Below, one piece after another: positions 1-8,296 of a DNA stretch of 41,864 bases. Within the stretch, counting starts at the first letter, position 1. Each line of letters opens with the position of its first letter. The translations under genes were made by a program, and so were the position numbers. The notes beneath the pieces were generated by a model. That model made no database searches. It had not been told where the DNA came from and saw nothing but the letters and a program-made list of their open reading frames with translations. The DNA is from Candidatus Krumholzibacteriota bacterium (GTDB lineage Bacteria; Krumholzibacteriota; Krumholzibacteriia; LZORAL124-64-63), in the NCBI GenBank assembly GCA_039714075.1, contig JBDLKA010000023.1, forward strand, positions 1-41,864, read 5' to 3'.

Positions 1-1320
1 TTCGTCCTCCACCAGGAAGACGGCTCCCTTCTTCATTAGTGACAGCCAGGGCAGGTCCAGGATCATTTCCAGGGTCTGCTGCAGGAAATCCACCAGGGTG
101 ATGGGCTCGAGCGAAAGGTGGAGGATGGCCCCAATCACCTGCTGGGCGTTGAGGTTGGCCTGCATCCTGCGTTCGACGTTTTTCCGCCGCGTGATGTCGC
201 GAATGGTGCTGACGAACTGCAACCCGTCCACGTTGTGCAGGGGGCTGAGGCTGACTTCCGCGGGGAAAACCGTGCCGTCCTTTTTCAGGCCCGACATTTC
301 GAAGCCCTCGCCGTTGATCCTGGGCCCGTGGTTGGCGATGAACCGCCCCCGGACCTGACGGTGGGCTTTCCGCTGATCTTCAGGGACCAGGATTTCGGTG
401 AACCGGCCGAGCAACTCCTTGCGCGGGTAGCCGAAAATTCTTTCGGTGCCGGCGTTGACCAGGATGATCTTCCCGGTCCGGTCCGCCACCACCATGGCGT
501 CCGGAGTGGATTCCAGCAGCTGATGAATCTGGGTCACCGCCCGGTGACGGCCCCCGCTTTCGGCGGCAACCCGGTCCGTGATATCGAGGACTCCGGCAAG
601 CGCCCCGATATATTCGCCCGCGGGGTTGGTAACCGGAGAGGTTTGCATGATGGTGTAGACGCGGGAACCGTCCGACCTGATGAGTTCGAAATCATGATCC
701 TCGCTGATGCCCTGTTCCCGCCGACCCAGGTTCAGCTTGCAGATCTCGACGCCCCTTTCATCCATGAAATCGAACAGGTGCTTGCCGAGCGCCGCGGTGG
801 ACGTGGTCATCAGCATGGCGGCCATGCGTTCGTTCATGAAGGTGGTATACCCATCCTTGTCGATGGCCCAGATTCCCTGGTGGAGATTTTCGACCAGCTG
901 CCGGTAGAGGTCGTTTTCGACGGTGGCGTTCTCGGCTTTGCGAAGCTGGATCATGGAGTTGACCGTGGCGATCAGTTCCCGGCCGACCAGGGAGCGGGAA
1001 ATGAATCCGTCCACCCGGGAAGGGTTGGCGCGTTTGGGAAATTCATCGCCCGCAGAGGAGAGCAGGAGGACCGAAGGACCCACGCTGCAACGCAGCAGGG
1101 AACCATCCTTGATTTTTCTGCAGGCGTCGCGGCTGTCCAGGTCGGGAAGGCTGTCGTCGAGCAGGATCAGGTCGTGGTGGTTTGTTCTGGCGGATCTGAG
1201 GAATTCCTCGGCGGTGCCTGTTTCTTCAACGAAGTAACCGGCGGACTTCAATGTTTTTGATGCTCTGGCTCGATTGGCGGTGTGATGATCCGCCAGCAGG
1301 ATTCTGGCTTGGTCCCCCAT
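1..1320 (-). CDS. Signal transduction protein REC-PAS-PAS-GAF, partial (runs off the left edge); output domain not visible
   Basis: Not in the ORF track. Hand translation from ATG at 1320 gives a receiver (MGDQARILLADHH...DLILLDDSLPDLD), two PAS-like domains (YRQLVENLHQGIWAIDKDG; LLESTPDAMVVADRTGKIILVN...VSTIRDIT) and a GAF-like start (LDLPWLSLMKKGAVFLVEDE). Confidence 0.85.
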   Translation of the reverse strand, partial: MGDQARILLADHHTANRARASKTLKSAGYFVEETGTAEEFLRSARTNHHDLILLDDSLPDLDSRDACRKIKDGSLLRCSVGPSVLLLSSAGDEFPKRANPSRVDGFISRSLVGRELIATVNSMIQLRKAENATVENDLYRQLVENLHQGIWAIDKDGYTTFMNERMAAMLMTTSTAALGKHLFDFMDERGVEICKLNLGRREQGISEDHDFELIRSDGSRVYTIMQTSPVTNPAGEYIGALAGVLDITDRVAAESGGRHRAVTQIHQLLESTPDAMVVADRTGKIILVNAGTERIFGYPRKELLGRFTEILVPEDQRKAHRQVRGRFIANHGPRINGEGFEMSGLKKDGTVFPAEVSLSPLHNVDGLQFVSTIRDITRRKNVERRMQANLNAQQVIGAILHLSLEPITLVDFLQQTLEMILDLPWLSLMKKGAVFLVEDE

Positions 1321-1516
1321 ATTGCAACCCCCAGCATCTTGACGATCAACAGTTTTGGTCGGGGGGCGAAATCCTGGATCTTCAGGCCGATGATGCGGTT
1401 CTCTGGAGATGAAACGAGGCCGGCGGCTCAAGGAATCCCGTCATGATCCGGTTCGGCGAGAGATCATTAGCATACGTAAAAACCGAGTAATACGCTAGGA
1501 GTTGAGTGTTCGGGAT

Positions 1517-4500
1517 CTAGTCGTGCAGATCCTGGAGTGAGGTGACCGATTCCAGCCCCCTGCGCAGGGCGCGGATACCGTCGACCGCCGCCCGTCCACC
1601 CGACAAGGTGGTTATGCAGGGGATGTCGAGGGCCCGGGCTTCGCGGCGGATGGCGCTTTCATCGAAGCGGCTTTGCTTGCCCAGGGGCGTGTTGATGACC
1701 ATCTGGACGTCGCCGTCGCGGATGATCTGCCCGATGTGGGGCGTACCCTCGCCGACCTTGGCCACTTCGGCGGCGGCGATGCCGTGTTTCTTCAGGTAAC
1801 GGGCGGTGCCGCCGGTGGCCATCATGTCGTAGCCGAGTCCGGCAAGGTCATGGGCGATGGGCAGGAGGTCCTTCTTGTCGTGGTCGTTGACGCTGACGAA
1901 CACGGCGCCCGCGGTGGGCAGCCCCTGGCCGGCCGACAGATGGGCGCGGGCGAAGGCTTCACCAAAGTCCCGGCCGATGCCCATCACTTCCCCGGTGCTT
2001 TTCATTTCCGGTCCGAGCAGATGGTCGGTGCGCGGGAAACGCCGGAAGGGAAAGACCGGCCCCTTGACGAAAAACCGATCCCCGGCGGGAGCTTCGCAAG
2101 CTCCCTGTTCGGCCAGGCTGATGCCCAGCATGCAGCGGGTGGCGATGCGGGCAAGGTCCACGCCGGTGGCCTTTTCGAGGAAGGGGACCGTGCGGGACGC
2201 GCGCGGGTTGATCTCCAGGACGTGGATGATGCCCCCATGGCTGGCGAACTGGATGTTCAGCAGGCCGACCACGCCCAGGCTGCGGGCGATCCGGCGCGTA
2301 TGGCGGCGTATGACCTCGATCTCGTCCGGGGTGGTCTTGTAGGGGGGGAGCACGGCGAAGCTGTCGCCGCTGTGGATGCCGGCTTCCTCGATGTGCTGCA
2401 TGATGCCGCCGATCAGGACATCATCGCCGTCACAGACCGCGTCCACATCGAATTCCACGGCGTCTTCGAGGAACTGGTCGATCAGGACCGGGTGCTCGCC
2501 GCTGGCCGACCGGGCTTCCTCGAAGTATCGCCGTAGTCCGTCGTCATCGTAGACGACACGCATGGCCCGTCCGCCAAGGACGTAACTGGGCCGTACCATC
2601 ACAGGGTACCCCACCTCGGCCGCGGTGACCAGTGCTTCGTCGACATCGCGGGCGCTGCCGGCCTGGGGATACCTGATGCCCAGCTCGTCCAGAAGAACGC
2701 CGCAACGGTCGCGGTCCTCGGCGCGGTCGATGGCGGTCACCCCGGTGCCCAGGATCTTCACCCCGGCTTCGGCCAGGGCTCCGGCCAGGTTCAAGGGCGT
2801 CTGGCCGCCGAGGGTCAGGATCACGCCGTCGGGTTTTTCCACATCGACGATGTGCATGACTTCCTCGAACCGCAGGGGCTCGAAGTAGAGGCGGTCGGAC
2901 AGGTCGTAGTCTGTGCTCACCGTTTCGGGATTGCAGTTGACCAGGACGGCTTCGATGCCTTCGTCGCGCAGGGCCTGCACCGCGTGGCAGCAGCAGGTGT
3001 CGAATTCAATACCCTGCCCGATGCGGTTGGGTCCCCCGCCGAGAACGATCACCTTGCGGCGACCGGTGGGCCGGCTTTCGCAGGGGCCTTCTTCCCAAGT
3101 CGAGTAAAGATAAGGGGTTTCGCTGGCGAATTCCGCGGCGCAGGTGTCCACCCTGCGGAAAACGGGCTTGATGTCCGCCGCCTGCCGGGCGGCCAGAACC
3201 AGCGCCGTTCGCAGGTCGAGAGTCGTCTTGGGTGAGTCGGTTCCGGGCTTCCCGTCGGGCCACTGCACCAGCCGGGCGATACGGCGGTCGCTGAACCCCT
3301 CGCGTTTGGCTTCACGCAGCAGCTCGGCGGGCAGCTCGCCCAGCGCAAATCCGCGCAGGCGCCCCTCGACCTCGATCAGCCTCTGGAGGTTGTCCAGGAA
3401 CCAGGGGTCGATGCCGGTGATGCGATGGAGCTGCTCGGGTTCCAGGCCGCAGCGGAAGGCTTCGTGCAGGTCGGCCAGGCGATTCTGACCGGGCCTGGCC
3501 AGCGCCTGCCGAAGTTCATCGAGCGAGCGTCCGCTGACCGCGCTTTCCCAGCCGTCGAGTCCGAGTTCCAGGGAACGCAACGCTTTCTGAAGCGCTTCAC
3601 GGAAGGTGCGGCCGATGGCCATCACTTCACCGACGGACTGCATGGTGGTGCCGAGCAGATCCGGGGTGCCGGGGAATTTTTCAAAGGACCAGCGGGGGAC
3701 CTTGACCACCGTGTAGTCGATGCTCGGTTCGAAACAGGCGCTGCTGGTGCCGGTGATCTCGTTGGGGAGTTCGGGCAGGGTGTACCCCACCGCGAGCAGG
3801 GCGGCGATCTTGGCGATGGGATAACCGGTGGCCTTGCTGGCCAGGGCGCTGCTGCGGCTGACGCGCGGGTTCATCTCGATGACGATGATCCGTCCGCTTT
3901 CGGGATCGACCGCGAACTGCACGTTGCTCCCGCCGGTGACCACACCGACGGCGTCGAGCACCTTGAGGGCGTCGTCGCGCAGGCGCTGGTATTCGCGGTC
4001 GGTCAGGGTCTGGGCCGGCGCCACGGTCACGCTGTCGCCGGTGTGGACGCCCATGGCGTCGAAGTTCTCGATGCTGCAGACGATGATGCCGTTGCCCGCG
4101 TGGTCCCGGATGACCTCAAGCTCGTACTCTTTCCAGCCCAGCACCGACTCCTCGACCAGGACACTGCCGGCGGGAGATTGGTTGAGGCCTTCGCGCAGCA
4201 ATTCGAGGAATTCCTCGCGGTTGGTCGCGATTCCGCTGCCCGCTCCGCCCAGGGTGAAGCTGGCCCGCAGGATCATGGGAAAGGAGATTTCGTCCATGGC
4301 CCGATCGGCCATGTCCAGCGAGGTGACCAGCAGGCTGCGGGGTGTCTCCAGCCCGATGTCGGCCATGACTTCCTTGAATTTCTGGCGGTCCTCGGCCAGT
4401 TCGACGCATTCGATGCCCGCGCCGATCAGCGACACGCCGTGGCGCTCCAGGACCCCGTGTTTCTGCAGGTCGACCGCCAGGTTCAGGCCGGTCTGGCCGC

Positions 4501-4777
4501 CGACGGTCGGCAGGACGGCGTCGGGCTTTTCGGCCGCGATGATTTTTTCCGCCATTTCCCAGGTGAGGGGCTCGATGTAGGTGGCGTCCGCCTGGTCGTT
4601 GTCGGTCATGATGGTCGCGGGGTTGCTGTTGATCAGCACCACCCGGTAGCCCTCGTTCTTGAGGGCCTTGACCGCCTGGGTTCCCGAGTAGTCGAACTCG
4701 CTGGCCTGGCCGATGACGATGGGTCCGGATCCCAGGACCAGGATCGTCTTGATGTCATCCCGTCGCGGCATGTTCAT
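1517..4777 (-). CDS. carB: Carbamoyl-phosphate synthase large subunit
   Basis: [49 protein letters not shown], second ATP-grasp half [14 protein letters not shown]-terminal MGS domain. Start may be 4771. Confidence 0.98.
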   Translation of the reverse strand: MNMPRRDDIKTILVLGSGPIVIGQASEFDYSGTQAVKALKNEGYRVVLINSNPATIMTDNDQADATYIEPLTWEMAEKIIAAEKPDAVLPTVGGQTGLNLAVDLQKHGVLERHGVSLIGAGIECVELAEDRQKFKEVMADIGLETPRSLLVTSLDMADRAMDEISFPMILRASFTLGGAGSGIATNREEFLELLREGLNQSPAGSVLVEESVLGWKEYELEVIRDHAGNGIIVCSIENFDAMGVHTGDSVTVAPAQTLTDREYQRLRDDALKVLDAVGVVTGGSNVQFAVDPESGRIIVIEMNPRVSRSSALASKATGYPIAKIAALLAVGYTLPELPNEITGTSSACFEPSIDYTVVKVPRWSFEKFPGTPDLLGTTMQSVGEVMAIGRTFREALQKALRSLELGLDGWESAVSGRSLDELRQALARPGQNRLADLHEAFRCGLEPEQLHRITGIDPWFLDNLQRLIEVEGRLRGFALGELPAELLREAKREGFSDRRIARLVQWPDGKPGTDSPKTTLDLRTALVLAARQAADIKPVFRRVDTCAAEFASETPYLYSTWEEGPCESRPTGRRKVIVLGGGPNRIGQGIEFDTCCCHAVQALRDEGIEAVLVNCNPETVSTDYDLSDRLYFEPLRFEEVMHIVDVEKPDGVILTLGGQTPLNLAGALAEAGVKILGTGVTAIDRAEDRDRCGVLLDELGIRYPQAGSARDVDEALVTAAEVGYPVMVRPSYVLGGRAMRVVYDDDGLRRYFEEARSASGEHPVLIDQFLEDAVEFDVDAVCDGDDVLIGGIMQHIEEAGIHSGDSFAVLPPYKTTPDEIEVIRRHTRRIARSLGVVGLLNIQFASHGGIIHVLEINPRASRTVPFLEKATGVDLARIATRCMLGISLAEQGACEAPAGDRFFVKGPVFPFRRFPRTDHLLGPEMKSTGEVMGIGRDFGEAFARAHLSAGQGLPTAGAVFVSVNDHDKKDLLPIAHDLAGLGYDMMATGGTARYLKKHGIAAAEVAKVGEGTPHIGQIIRDGDVQMVINTPLGKQSRFDESAIRREARALDIPCITTLSGGRAAVDGIRALRRGLESVTSLQDLHD

Positions 4778-5888
4778 CCATTTCCTGAAGAGAGGTTTCG
4801 GCCCGCCGGGCGAGCATCATTTCGCGGAACCGGCGAAACAGGTACAGGCTGTCGCTGGGCCCGGGCGCGGCTTCGGGATGGTACTGGACCGAGTAGGCCC
4901 AGCCGCCGGTGGTGGCCAGCCCCTCGATCGATTCGTCGTTCAGGCTGCGGTGCGTGACGGCGGCCACCGCCGGGTCCAGGCTGCCTGCCGGGACGGTGTA
5001 GTTGTGATTCTGGCTGGTGATCTCCACCCGGCCGGTGGCCAGGTTCTGCACCGGATGATTGGCGCCGTGATGGCCGAAGGGCAGCCGGACCGTTTCCGCG
5101 CCCAGGGCCCGGGCCAGCAGCTGGTGCCCGAGACAAATGCCGAACAGGGGCATGTCGGCGGCCAGCAGTTCCCTGACCGTGTCGACCAGGTGGTCGAGAG
5201 CGGCGGGATCGCCCGGCCCGTTGCTCAGGAAAACACCCTCGGTGGGAGCGGCCAACAGTTCCCGGGCGGGTGTGGAGGCCGGAAAAACCCGGACCCGGCA
5301 GCCCTCGGCCACCAGCCGGCCCAGGATGCTCTTTTTAACCCCGCAGTCCAGGACGGCCACCTCGAAGGGATCGTCGGTGCCCGGGTCGCCGGGAAATGGC
5401 GCCACCGCGCGGGTGGTCACACGCTCGACCCAGTTCACCTTGCCGATGGGATCGAGGGCGCGGGCTTTTTCCACCAGCCGCAACGGATCTCCCATCCCTA
5501 TATACCCGCGGCAGGTTCCGTGCTCGCGCAGGTAGGCGGTCAGGGCCCGCGTGTCGACTTCGGCCAGGGCGGGCACGCGCGCGGTCCGCAGCACCTGGTC
5601 CAGGCTGTATTCACTGCGCCGGTGAAAATTCCGGCGGCAGAAATCCCGCACGATGACGGCGGCGGGGTGGATGGCCGCCGACTCGTGGTCATCGCGGTGG
5701 ATGCCGTAGTTGCCGATGTGGGCGGCGGTGAACACGACGACCTGGCCGGCGTAACTGGGATCGGTCAGGATTTCCTGGTAGCCGGTCATTCCGGTGTGGA
5801 AAACGACTTCCCCACCGGTCTCCAGGGGCGCGCCGAACAACCGGCCCGAAAAAACACGACCGGTTTCCAGGGCGATGAATGCTTTCAT
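4755..5888 (-). CDS. carA: Carbamoyl-phosphate synthase small (glutaminase) subunit
   Basis: [29 protein letters not shown], catalytic GICLGHQ and QYHPE motifs; 3' end overlaps the carB start. Confidence 0.97.
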   Translation of the reverse strand: MKAFIALETGRVFSGRLFGAPLETGGEVVFHTGMTGYQEILTDPSYAGQVVVFTAAHIGNYGIHRDDHESAAIHPAAVIVRDFCRRNFHRRSEYSLDQVLRTARVPALAEVDTRALTAYLREHGTCRGYIGMGDPLRLVEKARALDPIGKVNWVERVTTRAVAPFPGDPGTDDPFEVAVLDCGVKKSILGRLVAEGCRVRVFPASTPARELLAAPTEGVFLSNGPGDPAALDHLVDTVRELLAADMPLFGICLGHQLLARALGAETVRLPFGHHGANHPVQNLATGRVEITSQNHNYTVPAGSLDPAVAAVTHRSLNDESIEGLATTGGWAYSVQYHPEAAPGPSDSLYLFRRFREMMLARRAETSLQEMDEHAATG

Positions 5889-6799
5889 CAGGCGTCCCCT
5901 TTTCTGACCTGGTTCCTGACCCTGGAGGGGCCGTTGTCGGAGGAGGGAATCATCAGGCGGGCGATACGGTCCATGGGGTCGATCAGGGTGTCCATGACCG
6001 ATTCCAGTCCCATCAGGTACTGCAGCAGGTTGCCCAGGCCCAGACTGAAGCCGGCCCGGGGCGGTTCTCCGGGACGGACGGCGCCTTCCATGGTGATGCC
6101 GGAGTAGGGCAGGATGTAGGCGGCGCTCAGGGCGGCCTCTTCATCTTCGGGATCGGCCAGGGCCAGATCGGATTCATCGCCGGCCGGAAGATGCGTCACC
6201 ATGAAGGGTAGATTCCCGCAGAATCGGGTCAGGGCGGCTTCGGCTTCGGCGGGAAGTTCATCCCCGAACCGAAGAGACCAGCCTCGCCGGCCGAGAATAT
6301 CGAGGGCCTGGCGGTAGGTGATGCGGGGATGGGAGACATGGAGGATGCGGTCCAGGCGGGTGACGTCGCGGCCGCCGAGAAGATCGGCGCCCAGGTTCAG
6401 GGCCACGGCTTTGAGCAGGTCCTCCTGCAGATCCGTCAGGTCCTCGAGGGACAGTCCCATCCCCGAGGCTTCCATGAGTTTGAAACCCCTCAAATGACGG
6501 GGATCCCTTCGGCCCCTGCTGGGCAACAGTTCACTTTCGCACCACACGTTGGGGAACCCGCTGAGGACCATGCCGTCCAGTTGAATCCGCGCCGGGTGGT
6601 CGGCCATGGCGGTCACCGGGATTTCGTGGAAATTCCTGTCCTGGAAAAACCGGCGGATGGTGCGCACGACGCAGTTATGGATGGCCAGACGCCGGGCCAG
6701 GGGGCGGGGGCGGCCCGGGGCGTTGAACATGGCGGATTTCTGAATCTGGCCGTTGGCGGAAGCCTGACCGGACGGACCGGCGGTGGCGGCGGCTGCCAT
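5888..6799 (-). CDS. Degenerate class IIb aminoacyl-tRNA synthetase (AsnRS/AspRS) catalytic-domain paralog without anticodon-binding domain
   Basis: Aligns by eye with the window's AsnRS: IRRFFQDRNFHEIP, RHLRGFKLME, ITYRQALDIL..FGDEL..EAE, AGFSLGLGNLLQYLMG. ATG at 6799 follows AAGGAG (track start is 6823). Stop overlaps the carA start (TGATG). Confidence 0.8.
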   Translation of the reverse strand: MAAAATAGPSGQASANGQIQKSAMFNAPGRPRPLARRLAIHNCVVRTIRRFFQDRNFHEIPVTAMADHPARIQLDGMVLSGFPNVWCESELLPSRGRRDPRHLRGFKLMEASGMGLSLEDLTDLQEDLLKAVALNLGADLLGGRDVTRLDRILHVSHPRITYRQALDILGRRGWSLRFGDELPAEAEAALTRFCGNLPFMVTHLPAGDESDLALADPEDEEAALSAAYILPYSGITMEGAVRPGEPPRAGFSLGLGNLLQYLMGLESVMDTLIDPMDRIARLMIPSSDNGPSRVRNQVRKGDA

Positions 6800-6895
6800 G
6801 GGAGTCTCCTTTTTGACGCTCACTGACGTCAGTTAAACGGAGTGTATGTGGTTGTCAGGACCGGCGTTGGTGCATTTCAGCGCAGAATTCCGGGC

Positions 6896-6933
6896 AAAAA
6901 AATACCCCTCACGTCCTCAGGGACGCCGGGGTG
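6896..6933 (-). terminator. Intrinsic terminator (attenuator) in the car operon leader
   Basis: Minus strand CACCCCGGCGTCC-CTGA-GGACGTGAGGGGTA followed by T7, about 100 nt upstream of the first start codon. Confidence 0.85.
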
Positions 6934-6981
6934 CGGGCGGAAGCGTTTTTTGCCGTTCATTGTCGCCGGGATCATTCCGAT

Positions 6982-7014
6982 TCCTTTCGAGGCTCACAGG
7001 CCCCGGTTAAAGGA
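6982..7014 (-). promoter_or_regulatory. PyrR-binding-site RNA element
   Basis: Minus strand UCCUUUAA-C-CGGGGC-CUGUGA-GCCUCG-AAAGGA shows the CUUUAA lower stem, the CNGNGA hexaloop and AAAGG closure typical of PyrR loops. It lies upstream of a terminator and carAB. Confidence 0.8.
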
Positions 7015-7022
7015 TTTGCGGC

Positions 7023-7051
7023 AGGATAAACTCCGGCCCGGCACTTGTCAA
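7023..7051 (-). promoter_or_regulatory. sigma70-type promoter of the pseudo-aaRS-carA-carB operon
   Basis: TTGACA (7051-7046), 17 nt, TATCCT (7028-7023). Predicted start near 7016, immediately before the PyrR loop. Confidence 0.75.
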
Positions 7052-7084
7052 GGCCCGGGCCGATTCCCTGGTGGTCATGGATTT

Positions 7085-7123
7085 TGGGTCGGGAAAAAGA
7101 AGGGGGCCCTTTTCCCCGACCCA
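7085..7123 (-). other. 15-bp RNA hairpin without a U-tract
   Basis: Minus strand UGGGUCGGGGAAAAG-N9-CUUUUUCCCGACCCA. One position is G-U on the minus strand but an A-C mismatch on the plus strand. Confidence 0.55.
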
Positions 7124-7150
7124 GGCAGCGCAGGGCATTGCCCGTTCTCT

Positions 7151-7176
7151 AGACCCGGGCTCGGGGGATTAGTCAC
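7151..7176 (-). promoter_or_regulatory. Putative ECF-sigma promoter, copy 3, facing the car operon
   Basis: GTGACT-AATCCCCCGAGCCCGG(16 nt)-GTCT, same spacing as copies 1 and 2. Confidence 0.55.
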
Positions 7177-7205
7177 ATTTCCCAGGGGATTAATTTCCGG
7201 GCATG

Positions 7206-7243
7206 AAAAAAATGGCCGCCCCCAGGACGATTTGGGAGCGGCC
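7206..7243 (-). terminator. Intrinsic terminator ending the putative sRNA
   Basis: Minus strand GGCCGCTCCCA-N8-TGGGGGCGGCC-A-T7, with no credible long CDS upstream on this strand. Confidence 0.8.
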
Positions 7244-7350
7244 CGGCGGTAGCATGTCGTCCCTCCAGGTACGGTGAGGCGGAATGCGCCACCCCGACCA
7301 ACAGCTACCGCTTTTCGATTTCCGGCTTCAGTTCCAAAGCCATCCAGCAA
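7206..7350 (-). ncRNA. Putative ~145-nt small RNA, possibly carrying a 12-aa ORF at 7305-7343
   Basis: Bounded by an ECF-type promoter motif and an intrinsic terminator; contains a long hairpin closed by GCGGUAGC/GCUACCGC (7246-7311). Confidence 0.5.
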
Positions 7351-7355
7351 TCTCC

Positions 7356-7381
7356 AGACACGGAATTGACGGGAAAGTCAC
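7356..7381 (-). promoter_or_regulatory. Putative ECF-sigma promoter, copy 2, facing the putative sRNA
   Basis: GTGACT-TTCCCGTCAATTCCGT(16 nt)-GTCT. Confidence 0.6.
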
Positions 7382-7427
7382 TTCCTTTTGAATAATGGGA
7401 AAAATCGGGATAAAATTCATCCGGCCC

Positions 7428-7436
7428 TGCTAGAAT
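7428..7436 (+). promoter_or_regulatory. Possible extended -10 sigma70 element for the ECF operon
   Basis: TGcTAGAAT about 55 nt upstream of the sigma gene start. Confidence 0.4.
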
Positions 7437-7456
7437 GGGTTTTCATGATATGGAAT

Positions 7457-7482
7457 GTGACTTCCACCCCCGGAACCTGTCA
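7457..7482 (+). promoter_or_regulatory. Putative ECF-sigma autoregulatory promoter, copy 1
   Basis: GTGACT-TCCACCCCCGGAACCT(16 nt)-GTCA directly upstream of the ECF sigma gene. Confidence 0.6.
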
Positions 7483-7490
7483 GAAGGGAA

Positions 7491-8078
7491 ATGGGCATGA
7501 CGGAAACTGATGAAATCCTGGTGGAGAAAGCGTGTTTGGCACCGCAGGGAGATCTGCGGGCTTTCGACGAGCTTGTTCGCCGCCACCAGGCCCGGGTTCA
7601 GACCAATTGCCGGTATCTGAGCGGCAATGAGGAAGATTCCCTTGATCTGGCGCAGGAAGTCCTGGTCAAAGCCTATTTCAACCTGAAAAGGTTCGAGGGA
7701 CGCAGCAGTTTCGGAACCTGGATCGGTCGCATCAAGGTCAACCACTGCCTGAATCATTTGCGGAGGGAGAAGGGGCGGTCTTTCATCGACCTGGAGAAAC
7801 CGGGGTTGGAGAAGGAGCCCGCACTGCAATCCCGCCGCGGGGCCGAGGCCATGGTCGAGGACGGTGACCAGCGCACCCTGATTTCGGGAATCCTTTCGGT
7901 CATGCCCGCTACGTTGCGCGTGCCCCTGATCATGCGGGACATGGACGAAATGTCCTACCAGGAGATTGCCGACAGGTTGGAAGTGGGACTATCCGCGGTC
8001 AAGATGCGCATCAAGAGGGCCCGGGAATTTTTCCGTGAGGCCTATGACAGGAGAGCCCCCGGTGTCCGAAAAGGCTGA
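7491..8078 (+). CDS. ECF (group IV sigma70) RNA polymerase sigma factor
   Basis: GDLRAFDELVRRH, DLAQEVLVKAY, FGTWIGRI..NHCLNHLRR (region 2); MSYQEIADRLEVGLSAVKMRIKRAR (region 4). Confidence 0.95.
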   Translation: MGMTETDEILVEKACLAPQGDLRAFDELVRRHQARVQTNCRYLSGNEEDSLDLAQEVLVKAYFNLKRFEGRSSFGTWIGRIKVNHCLNHLRREKGRSFIDLEKPGLEKEPALQSRRGAEAMVEDGDQRTLISGILSVMPATLRVPLIMRDMDEMSYQEIADRLEVGLSAVKMRIKRAREFFREAYDRRAPGVRKG

Positions 8079-8295
8079 CTTGGATACAGGACAACCCATC
8101 GAGGAGTTGAGGGGCCACACGGTGGAACCCCATCCGGCCCTGGCCGGACGTGTTCGGCGCAGCATCAACCGACGCTCACTGGTGGCCGATAGCCTGGATT
8201 TATCCGTCAACATCATGCTGAAAACCGTTTGGGAATACCTTCAGACGCTGCTCGAGTCGCTTCCCGGCTCGAAGAACCACGACAAAGAGGAATGA
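8062..8295 (+). CDS. Small hypothetical protein (77 aa) in the anti-sigma position
   Basis: GTG at 8062 after AGGAG; overlaps the sigma stop and ends 1 nt before the next start. The track's 7966 start looks over-extended. Confidence 0.65.
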   Translation: MSEKADLDTGQPIEELRGHTVEPHPALAGRVRRSINRRSLVADSLDLSVNIMLKTVWEYLQTLLESLPGSKNHDKEE

Positions 8296-8296
8296 T

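Noticed and set aside
118..1260. 380-aa plus-strand ORF
   Set aside because: Antisense shadow of the minus-strand REC-PAS-PAS-GAF gene, which the track missed because it lacks a stop in the window.
5888..6799. Calling this gene asparagine synthetase A, EpmA or a pseudogene
   Set aside because: ATP-binding arginines are absent, arguing against an active ligase. The frame is intact with a strong RBS and translational coupling, arguing against a pseudogene.
6877..6975. Possible leader peptide (MIPATMNGKKRFRPHPG...) in the car leader
   Set aside because: It runs through the terminator and has no telling codon run; the PyrR-type structure explains the region better.
7246..7311. Hairpin as tRNA, SRP RNA, 6S RNA or an amber-readthrough element
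   Set aside because: No cloverleaf or SRP loop motifs recognised, too short for 6S, and the frame past the TAG gives nothing recognisable.
7075..7350. 91-aa minus-strand ORF, and the 136-aa plus-strand ORF 6842-7252
   Set aside because: Both cross terminators and promoter motifs and show no protein-like features.
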